Below, in pieces: positions 32,520 to 38,888 of a stretch of DNA of 64,000 nt; the first letter of the stretch is position 1, and each line of letters begins with the position of its first letter. A model generated the notes under the pieces. It was not told the DNA's origin and searched no databases. It saw only the letters and a list, made by a program, of their open reading frames with translations. This DNA is from a virus. The translations under genes were made by a program, and so were the position numbers. The stretch lies in IMG/VR virus record IMGVR_UViG_3300011008_000186; one strand, 5' to 3'.

Positions 32520-32546
32520 AGAGCAGTTTAAAGTCTTGCTCAGGAC
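32520..32546 (-). terminator. conserved 27-nt hairpin element (copy)
   Basis: Identical core. Confidence 0.5.
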
Positions 32547-32564
32547 TATACCGATGGTTATAAT

Positions 32565-32780
32565 TTACCAAATAGACATTAAGGTTTCTTTAATAAAAAG
32601 TGCATCTTCATCGCCGTCTCTTATCGAGTCGTTCAACCATTCAATCGTGCAATCTCTATGTTCATCATCGGTGTTTCTTATAGCATCGATGATATCGGGA
32701 TTACAAGCTTTTAAATAATTAATAAACTCTTCTTGCTCGACATTTTCGCAAATATTGTTTGCACATACAGTAATTTCCAT
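32565..32780 (-). CDS. hypothetical acidic protein
   Basis: 71 aa from the ATG at 32780 (AAAGGAGA upstream). Confidence 0.55.
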   Translation of the reverse strand: MEITVCANNICENVEQEEFINYLKACNPDIIDAIRNTDDEHRDCTIEWLNDSIRDGDEDALFIKETLMSIW

Positions 32781-32818
32781 AATGTTCTCCTTTCCCCATT
32801 GACGCAAATTAATATTCA

Positions 32819-32852
32819 TCTTTTCATATAAGGAAACCAAAATTTCGCGAAA
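32819..32852 (-). promoter_or_regulatory. TTCGCGAA-box promoter-like motif (copy 9)
   Basis: Minus strand: TTTCGCGAAATTTTGGTTTCCTTATATGAAAAGA. Confidence 0.55.
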
Positions 32853-32865
32853 AAAAAATAGAGAG

Positions 32866-33030
32866 AAACAAGAATGGCTGGACCGCCACTTATTATGCAC
32901 TTTAACCGAATATAATTCGTAACTCCTTGCGGATATTTATTTCAAAGCTTCGGCGCCCTTACATCTTGGGGGTGCATTACCTGCCCCGAAGGCCAATTAA
33001 CAGTATACATTCCTGTATACCTGACACATT
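32866..33030 (-). ncRNA. ORF-less cassette: GC-rich candidate small RNA (about 160 nt)
   Basis: Lies between promoter-like motif copy 10 and a T9 run. There is no SD-preceded ORF. Local hairpins include GTATAC-AGGAAT-GTATAC, GCC-TTCGG-GGC, GGGG...CCCC and TCC-GCAA-GGA. It shares ordered blocks with 1..105. Confidence 0.4.
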
Positions 33031-33031
33031 C

Positions 33032-33066
33032 TTGTTCGTATAAGGAGACCAAAATTTCGCGAGAAA
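33032..33066 (-). promoter_or_regulatory. TTCGCGAA-box promoter-like motif (copy 10)
   Basis: Minus strand: TTTCTCGCGAAATTTTGGTCTCCTTATACGAACAA. Confidence 0.5.
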
Positions 33067-33093
33067 AAGAGGAGACCAAATCAGGACTCCTCT
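33063..33093 (-). terminator. intrinsic terminator
   Basis: Minus strand: AGAGGAGTCCTGATTTGGTCTCCTCT followed by TTTTT. Confidence 0.65.
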
Positions 33094-33101
33094 GACTACA
33101 T

Positions 33102-33227
33102 CTACTTTATATAGTCTACTGCTTCTTTTATGCCTTCTTTGATCTCCTCTTTAGCATCTTCAATGCCTTCTCCAATTTCTTTTGCTGCATCTTTTACGCT
33201 ATCAATTATTTCTCTTAAAAATCCCAT
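33102..33227 (-). CDS. 41-aa charged helical peptide
   Basis: MGFLREIIDSVKDAAKEIGEGIEDAKEEIKEGIKEAVDYIK. TAATG overlap with the upstream stop codon. Confidence 0.4.
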   Translation of the reverse strand: MGFLREIIDSVKDAAKEIGEGIEDAKEEIKEGIKEAVDYIK

Positions 33228-33331
33228 TATTTCTTCTCCTCTCGACGTATTAATAGATATAATGTTGCTACTGAATTAACTATGGACCCAATAGATCCAA
33301 CAGTCAATCCGATTAATAAACCTAATAACAT
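33227..33331 (-). CDS. 34-aa single-TM peptide
   Basis: Start moved to the ATG at 33331 (MLLGLLIGLTVGSIGSIV...), preceded by AAAGGAGA. Confidence 0.45.
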   Translation of the reverse strand: MLLGLLIGLTVGSIGSIVNSVATLYLLIRREEKK

Positions 33332-33374
33332 ATCGCTATCTCCTTTCTTAATGGTTTTCATTATAGAGCGAGAA

Positions 33375-33782
33375 TTATTCGCGAATCTTATTGAGTATCC
33401 AGAAAAACTTCCTATATTCTTCATAGTAAACATCTCTCGAAATTGAAATATTCGTATTCATTGACAAATATGTATACGATAGACCGTAAATCACAGCTTT
33501 TAAAATATAATCGCCATCTTCTACTTGTGCCGCTGCCCGTTCGACCATTTTCATTCGTGTCTGGTAAAAATCTCTGGCGACTGCGGTCCGTCCTGTAGGA
33601 TCAGAAAATCCGGTGCCTCTAATGCCAGATCCATCGATTATGCGTTTAGACAATCCGTCCAGACTATAATAAGCACTTTGCCATATTGGATACTGCATAC
33701 AAAAATGCTTCAGCTCATAATATCGATGCTTGGGAATATAATATTTATTTTTGTATGAAATCTCTGGTCTAACCTGATTCAT
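33375..33782 (-). CDS. putative early transcriptional regulator (family uncertain)
   Basis: 135 aa. Second gene of the rightmost leftward early operon. The YYELKHFCMQYPIWQ pattern recalls phage ArpU/RinA-like or sigma-like activators (weak recollection). Confidence 0.35.
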   Translation of the reverse strand: MNQVRPEISYKNKYYIPKHRYYELKHFCMQYPIWQSAYYSLDGLSKRIIDGSGIRGTGFSDPTGRTAVARDFYQTRMKMVERAAAQVEDGDYILKAVIYGLSYTYLSMNTNISISRDVYYEEYRKFFWILNKIRE

Positions 33783-33970
33783 TTAAGCGCCCTCCTGTAT
33801 TTCTCATAAAGCACTGGATCGATGAGGAATTTGCTATTCTGAGCAGTCCCCGACCGCATAGTAAATCTTTCTGCATACTCGCTGTGGAGCATTTTGTCTA
33901 CTTGAGTCTTTGGATACCCTCTTTCGATCATTTCTTTTCTCGTGTACCAAACTTTTTGTTTTCCAATCAT
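33779..33970 (-). CDS. Cro/excisionase-like small DNA-binding protein
   Basis: 63 aa. First gene transcribed divergently from the repressor gene. Basic, with an HTH-like YTRKEMIERGYPKTQVDKML. Confidence 0.5.
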   Translation of the reverse strand: MIGKQKVWYTRKEMIERGYPKTQVDKMLHSEYAERFTMRSGTAQNSKFLIDPVLYEKYRRALK

Positions 33971-33989
33971 TATTAATACCTCTTTTCTG

Positions 33990-34019
33990 AATATAATTAA
34001 GTTCAGCTTAATCTGTCAA
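33990..34019 (-). promoter_or_regulatory. leftward early promoter P1 (sigma-A type)
   Basis: Minus strand: TTGACA - 18 nt - TATATT, about 20 nt upstream of the ATG at 33970. Confidence 0.6.
33997..34011. promoter_or_regulatory. operator candidate O1 (TTAAG-N5-CTTAA)
   Basis: Inverted repeat ttaagttcagcttaa inside the P1 spacer. Confidence 0.5.
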
Positions 34020-34024
34020 GCAGC

Positions 34025-34053
34025 ATTTTACAGATGAATTTTTTAAAAGTCAA
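34025..34053 (-). promoter_or_regulatory. leftward promoter P2 (sigma-A type)
   Basis: Minus strand: TTGACT - 17 nt - TAAAAT. Confidence 0.5.
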
Positions 34054-34060
34054 GCGGATT

Positions 34061-34075
34061 TTAAGCAAAACTTAA
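34061..34075. promoter_or_regulatory. operator candidate O2 (TTAAG-N5-CTTAA)
   Basis: Inverted repeat ttaagcaaaacttaa between the divergent promoters, 64 bp from O1. Confidence 0.5.
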
Positions 34076-34085
34076 TCAAATTCAG

Positions 34086-34114
34086 TTGAACTTTACTAAA
34101 AAGTGGAATATAAT
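34086..34114 (+). promoter_or_regulatory. rightward repressor/integrase promoter
   Basis: TTGAAC - 17 nt - TATAAT, then AAGGAGG and a GTG start at 34147. Confidence 0.6.
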
Positions 34115-34146
34115 ACAGCTAAAACAAATTAAAAGGAGGCAAAAAA

Positions 34147-34485
34147 GTGAATAATGATCTATTTTCTAAACGTTTTAATCGGGCTATAAAAAGCAAAAAT
34201 ATAACACAGAAAGAATTAGCTAAATTGACGAATTTATCTCCTGCAGCGATCAATCAGTATGTTAAAGGAATATATCAGCCAAATCGGGAGAATCTTAAAA
34301 AAATAGCAAATGCTCTTGAGGTTGATATTGTATGGCTGCAAGGATACGACAAAGACGAAATACCGCCAAACGGGGAAAAATTTAAAAGAGTAATAGAAAT
34401 TTGCGATCAGTTAAATGCAACAGGGCTTGATCGTCTAATTGAATATGGAAAAGACATTCTCGGAAAATACGGAAAGGAGCAATAA
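34147..34485 (+). CDS. XRE-family (CI-like) repressor
   Basis: 112 aa. ITQKELAKLTNLSPAAINQYVKG is an HTH. Divergent from the Cro-like gene. Confidence 0.75.
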   Translation: MNNDLFSKRFNRAIKSKNITQKELAKLTNLSPAAINQYVKGIYQPNRENLKKIANALEVDIVWLQGYDKDEIPPNGEKFKRVIEICDQLNATGLDRLIEYGKDILGKYGKEQ

Positions 34486-35535
34486 ATGGCCAAATATAGT
34501 AAATATATAACATTAGGGTATAATTCGGACGGAAACCGTGTAAGGAAACGAGCTTACGGCAACACAAAAATCGAATTGGAATCAAATATAGCCAGGTTAA
34601 AAAGAGAATATCTTGAATCGATTGCCAATAATCACGTAACGTTTAAAAAGTATGCACAAACTTGGCTCAACACATATAAAAAAGGGACCTCGCCGAGAAC
34701 TTATGATATGTATGATCAGTTATTGAAGAAGTGCAAAGAGCTCGATCCGTTCGAAATGATGGAGATCAAACGATCCGATATACAAAATCTGATGAATGAT
34801 TTAATAGATAGACCGAATCTGCATAACAAAGTATTAATGTGCCTTAATCAGGTGTTTGAGTCGGCAATAATGGACGAAATCGTTCGAATTAATCCGGTAA
34901 AAGGAATATCAAAGCAAAAAACAATAGTAAAAGAAAAACGTGCGTTGACAACAAACGAGAAAAGAATACTAGCAACTATCAACTTCGAGCCGAAAGAACA
35001 GATGTTTATTGATCTGCTTCTCAATTTTGGATTACGTCCTGGAGAAGCACTTGCGTTAACAAAAGATGACTTCGATTTCGCAAATAATACATTGACCATC
35101 AGCAAGGCGATTACTTTCGTTACTAATGATCCTATATTAAAGGGTACAAAAACCGGGACAGTTAGAACGCTTCCCATCCCGGCTTCATTAGTACCCAAAA
35201 CGAAACAATACCTTGACGAATCTGAAAATATACTTTTTGACATGCAAAAACAAGGAGACTATGGATATATGACAAAAATGGCCTACCGAATATTCAAAAA
35301 TGAAATATTCGAGAAAATTAATATTGCATTAGGAGGTAACAATAATAATGACAAGTTAAACGGTATGACTTTTTATACTTTCCGACATAACAAAGCTACT
35401 GCTTTATACTATGTGGATGGGTTGAGTTTAAAAGCCAAGGCGGAGTATATGGGTCATTCGGTAAGCATGCTTCTTAAAATATATTCTCATATTGACAAGG
35501 AAAAGGAAAATAGCGAAAAATATAATGTGATTTAA
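34486..35535 (+). CDS. int: tyrosine recombinase / phage integrase
   Basis: 349 aa. N-terminal SAM-like core-binding region. Catalytic-domain landmarks GLRPGEALAL, YTFRHNKAT, MGHS and a C-terminal KIYSH (Tyr nucleophile). Confidence 0.85.
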   Translation: MAKYSKYITLGYNSDGNRVRKRAYGNTKIELESNIARLKREYLESIANNHVTFKKYAQTWLNTYKKGTSPRTYDMYDQLLKKCKELDPFEMMEIKRSDIQNLMNDLIDRPNLHNKVLMCLNQVFESAIMDEIVRINPVKGISKQKTIVKEKRALTTNEKRILATINFEPKEQMFIDLLLNFGLRPGEALALTKDDFDFANNTLTISKAITFVTNDPILKGTKTGTVRTLPIPASLVPKTKQYLDESENILFDMQKQGDYGYMTKMAYRIFKNEIFEKINIALGGNNNNDKLNGMTFYTFRHNKATALYYVDGLSLKAKAEYMGHSVSMLLKIYSHIDKEKENSEKYNVI

Positions 35536-35573
35536 GTGAACCAAAATTGAACCACTGAACCAAAAATGCACCA
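35536..35573 (+). repeat. arm-type integrase binding sites (P arm)
   Basis: GTGAACCAAAATTGAACCACTGAACCAAAAATGCACCA contains four TG(A/C)ACCA units. The first 19 nt recur at 35801..35820. Confidence 0.55.
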
Positions 35574-35679
35574 TTATTTAAGCTCGAATCATTTTAAATC
35601 GAACAATGAGAAAAGCACGTAAATACAACGTTTTTGCAAAATATAATCGTTTTTAGATTCGAATAAAAATAGTATTTTT

Positions 35680-35726
35680 TCTGACTCTTAATCAGGGTGT
35701 GCAGGGTTCGAGCCCCTGGAGGTGCA
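35680..35726 (+). other. attP core: 3' portion of a tRNA-Lys(CUU) gene
   Basis: Anticodon arm TCTGA-CTCTTAA-TCAGG, T arm CAGGG-TTCGAGC-CCCTG, 3' acceptor strand GAGGTGC plus A. No D arm or 5' acceptor strand lies upstream. Confidence 0.7.
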
Positions 35727-35737
35727 CGCTAAGAAAA

Positions 35738-35769
35738 GCCCTAGAATTCAATGATTCTGGGGTTTTTTA
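35738..35769 (+). terminator. terminator hairpin following the tRNA fragment
   Basis: GCCCTAGAAT tcaatg ATTCTGGGGT followed by TTTTT. Confidence 0.6.
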
Positions 35770-35800
35770 TTTCTAATTATGAGCGTTCTAATTACGAAAA

Positions 35801-35820
35801 GTGAACCGAAATTGAACCAA
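35801..35820 (+). repeat. arm-type integrase binding site (P' arm)
   Basis: GTGAACCGAAATTGAACCAA, a direct repeat of 35536..35555 with one mismatch. Confidence 0.55.
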
Positions 35821-35848
35821 AGAAAAATATAATTACATATTAAATCAG

Positions 35849-36022
35849 TTAATAATACCAATTAAATTTGCCCTGCCGCGCATCATGCAGGACTCTATAT
35901 ACACCATTAATGGTCGTAGCATTTCTTATTTTATCTACAACCACCGGGGGATAGCCTAATTCTATCGCTGTGTTTTCGGATTCTTTTTTAACCCGTCGAA
36001 GCTCTGCTTTATTTTCATCCAT
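35849..36022 (-). CDS. 57-aa hypothetical protein
   Basis: Below the ORF-track cutoff. GGAG 7 nt before the ATG. Sequence MDENKAELRRVKKESENTAIELGYPPVVVDKIRNATTINGVYRVLHDARQGKFNWYY. Confidence 0.4.
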   Translation of the reverse strand: MDENKAELRRVKKESENTAIELGYPPVVVDKIRNATTINGVYRVLHDARQGKFNWYY

Positions 36023-36278
36023 GTAAAGTCTCCATCAATTCTTACTTATGGTCAAGCGATACGACCACTATTGCCATAAGAAGACAAAATATAATGATTT
36101 TTATTACTAATTCTGACATATAAATACCTCAATAAACGGCCCGCACTAGTAGATGAGCCTTACTGTGGTGGGTGAAAAAAAAGAATGCTAGAGAAAGAAA
36201 GTGCGGACCGCCTATTACAAATATTACAAAATCGGTTTAACGTCACGATTCCTCAGTTGTCGAGCTTTTTGAACGTAT

Positions 36279-36854
36279 TCATTTCTGACAAATATAATCG
36301 CTAATACGATCAATTTTCTCACAATAAAGATCACGCATCTCTTTTTGACACGGAATAATAACGCTTAAATCATAGTCAATAGACTTTGCATTAATATGTT
36401 CGTTTGTAGCGAATGCTAATTCGTCATCAACATCAAGAATATAATCCTCTAGCATTAGAGCATCCGCAACATTTCCAGCAGCGACAAACTCGGCATGCAT
36501 GTTCTCATATAATTCTTTAGTTTCCGACTCCCAGTCGACCCACAACTTCATTCCATGTTCTATTGCCGATCTTTTTGTTTTCGGATCGACATCTTGTTTA
36601 GTATAGTCAAACCAACCATTTGGAATTATTTGTGGGGTCTCGACCTTGCTATTTCGTATCAAGCGATCGTGATGTGACATATAATACTGGCATAATTTGC
36701 GATAAGAAACAGATTCACTGATATAATGATACTCATGACACTTTGCATAGCCCTCCAAATTCAAGAAAGCATAATAATTAGCAAGTAATTCATGAGTCAT
36801 GAACCCTTTTATCATATGTGCAGCCAATTCGGAGAATATGTTTTCTACATCCAT
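36279..36854 (-). CDS. hypothetical protein (possibly ferritin-like helical bundle)
   Basis: 191-aa ORF. The helical H/E/Y-rich N-terminal half is only weakly suggestive. Confidence 0.5.
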   Translation of the reverse strand: MDVENIFSELAAHMIKGFMTHELLANYYAFLNLEGYAKCHEYHYISESVSYRKLCQYYMSHHDRLIRNSKVETPQIIPNGWFDYTKQDVDPKTKRSAIEHGMKLWVDWESETKELYENMHAEFVAAGNVADALMLEDYILDVDDELAFATNEHINAKSIDYDLSVIIPCQKEMRDLYCEKIDRISDYICQK

Positions 36855-36870
36855 CTATTTTTACCAATAA

Positions 36871-37272
36871 TCAGCTCTTTTCAGCTCTAAATGACACATT
36901 AGTAACTACGCCCGGGCCGGCAATAAGCTCGCAAGTGATTGTGGAGAGCGAATCACAGCACTTGTTTCTTATAGTCGCTATCAAAGGAAGTGTCACGGGG
37001 GTATTTGCTGCGGCAGCATATCCAGAAGCAATCGCGCCGGGGATCTGAATGCCATTGCAATATAATACTACAGTTACTTCTCCTGCTGCGGTTGGCTCAA
37101 CTGTTACTGCTGCTTCCATTGGATAATATCCATCGCCGGCCAGTTCTATACCATTTCCGGAAAGTCTGCAATTACAGCCGTAACGTCTCACTACGGAACC
37201 GAAAGAAATATCGCCATTTAGAACGACGTTTTGCGTTGTCTGATTTACTGTTTGAATTAATGATTTTGACAT
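36871..37272 (-). CDS. hypothetical beta-rich Cys-containing protein
   Basis: 133-aa ORF with GGAGG upstream. Confidence 0.55.
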   Translation of the reverse strand: MSKSLIQTVNQTTQNVVLNGDISFGSVVRRYGCNCRLSGNGIELAGDGYYPMEAAVTVEPTAAGEVTVVLYCNGIQIPGAIASGYAAAANTPVTLPLIATIRNKCCDSLSTITCELIAGPGVVTNVSFRAEKS

Positions 37273-37367
37273 ATAGTTTAAATAAACCTCCAGTCTTAAA
37301 TACAGGGGCTGTCACTTAAGACAACCCCCGAAACCTCGCTGTTATTAGCGTAAGGATACGACGATCC

Positions 37368-38018
37368 TCAGATGTTCATCATACATCCATTATTGCATGT
37401 GCAGAACGGGCTTGTTCCAGCATTGTATGTCCAGCTATTAGGATAACGAACAACGTTGCTAGTAGCAGCCTGCAGTTCAAGTGAATTCACTCTTGCCTGA
37501 AGAGCATCCATCTTGTTCTGCGAAATTGCATCGAGAACTTTCTGGGTGTTCATGGCGGCATCATACCTATTCTGAGCGCTTGTTTCTGCAATAAGCATCT
37601 TAATATCGCAGCAACACCGATCCTGGCTGGCCATTCCCTGCTGTTGAGCAAGAGCTACGCCAGCAATATCTCTCTGGAGCTCGGTGTACTTATCTGATAG
37701 CATATTTACAGTGTCATGATAAGTTTGATTTGTTGCTGCAACAGTCTGAGCCGTTCCGTTAGTCACAGCTGCAAGAATCTCACGCTGATTTGCCATGGAA
37801 TTCTGATTGTCGAATCCACGCTGAACTTCGCTGGAAGTTGCAAGATTCTCGTAACCAATCGCATTAGCAAAACCATTATTGCCCCAATTGTTAAATCCGC
37901 CACCGGCAAGAGCAATAAGAGCGAAAAGCCAAATGATAGCGTTTCCGCCCCAATCGTTGTTGCGATCCATAAGAGCAAGATCGCCAGTTGATAATCCTGA
38001 ATCCATAAGAATTACCAT
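37368..38018 (-). CDS. N/Q/A-rich single-TM protein with CCC motif
   Basis: 216 aa. TM segment AIIWLFALIALAGGGF, a long Q/A-rich helical region, and Cys clusters CCCD and CTCNNGC. Confidence 0.55.
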   Translation of the reverse strand: MVILMDSGLSTGDLALMDRNNDWGGNAIIWLFALIALAGGGFNNWGNNGFANAIGYENLATSSEVQRGFDNQNSMANQREILAAVTNGTAQTVAATNQTYHDTVNMLSDKYTELQRDIAGVALAQQQGMASQDRCCCDIKMLIAETSAQNRYDAAMNTQKVLDAISQNKMDALQARVNSLELQAATSNVVRYPNSWTYNAGTSPFCTCNNGCMMNI

Positions 38019-38094
38019 CCTTTCAAAAATTTTATTTATAAACTTTGCGCAAGAGTTTATTTTGAAAGATTAGAAAAAATAGAAAGTTAGAAAA

Positions 38095-38337
38095 TTAGAA
38101 TCTGTTTCTTAACTGATTAAGAATCGTATTCGGATTTACGCCACGTTGACTGGCTCTTTGATAAAACATATCTTTAAGTGTCATGCCGCTTGCTTGGGCC
38201 TCTCGTAATATCTGAGCAGCCATTGGATTCGTACTGGCTATGGCAGTAAATCGCGGATCCGAAGAAAACGAATTATTCGGCGTCTGATTGGATTGATTGC
38301 CACAGCCATTTAATTCGTTATACAGACTGCTTGCCAT
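38095..38337 (-). CDS. hypothetical protein
   Basis: 80-aa ORF. Confidence 0.5.
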   Translation of the reverse strand: MASSLYNELNGCGNQSNQTPNNSFSSDPRFTAIASTNPMAAQILREAQASGMTLKDMFYQRASQRGVNPNTILNQLRNRF

Positions 38338-38689
38338 TGTTATTTCTACCTCCTCGAACTTCTTTTATCGCATTAGCCAGCTCTTCTTTTGTTACATACT
38401 GAGACATGTCGATTGTCGGCATTTCCGGTTGGACAGTAGCAGGAGCCGTGGCATCAAATACCTCGTTATAATGGAATGTTCTGAGTGTGCAGAAACCGAC
38501 ATTATCTGAGATTTTAATGTAAAAGACGCCTTCGTTTTCGCTGTCCATGAGAATAACACTTGCATTCGGAGCCATCATGAATGCTTTGGCGCCTTCAATG
38601 CCCTGAACCCAAATTATTCCAGGATTAAAACGTTGGTATGGATTATTAATATAGTTAGGTTGTGGGAAATAATTATTCATTTTAGTCAT
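38318..38689 (-). CDS. hypothetical protein
   Basis: 123-aa ORF with AAGGAGA upstream. Confidence 0.55.
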   Translation of the reverse strand: MTKMNNYFPQPNYINNPYQRFNPGIIWVQGIEGAKAFMMAPNASVILMDSENEGVFYIKISDNVGFCTLRTFHYNEVFDATAPATVQPEMPTIDMSQYVTKEELANAIKEVRGGRNNNGKQSV

Positions 38690-38712
38690 CTCCTTAAAAA
38701 TATAATCGTGAA

Positions 38713-38859
38713 TTACTTCTGATCAGTATCTTTCTTCAGGACATGCTTTCTGTAAAAATCTTCATCAGTAATTGTCTCAACTACTGCTTCGATCGCCGCA
38801 TCCCATGCCGCTTTATACAGATCTTTAGTTTCGAGTTTTCCAGGATCAGGTTTCGCCAT
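38713..38859 (-). CDS. 48-aa hypothetical protein
   Basis: Below the ORF-track cutoff. AAAGGAG ATTATATTT ATG. Sequence MAKPDPGKLETKDLYKAAWDAAIEAVVETITDEDFYRKHVLKKDTDQK. Confidence 0.45.
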   Translation of the reverse strand: MAKPDPGKLETKDLYKAAWDAAIEAVVETITDEDFYRKHVLKKDTDQK

Positions 38860-38888
38860 AAATATAATCTCCTTTCTTATTTCATATT

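Noticed and set aside
20814-33066. The conserved ATGAAG inside the promoter-like motif as the start of a leader peptide.
   Set aside because: There is no SD upstream. The downstream frames are 3-18 codons long with unrelated sequences. One copy has ACG instead of ATG.
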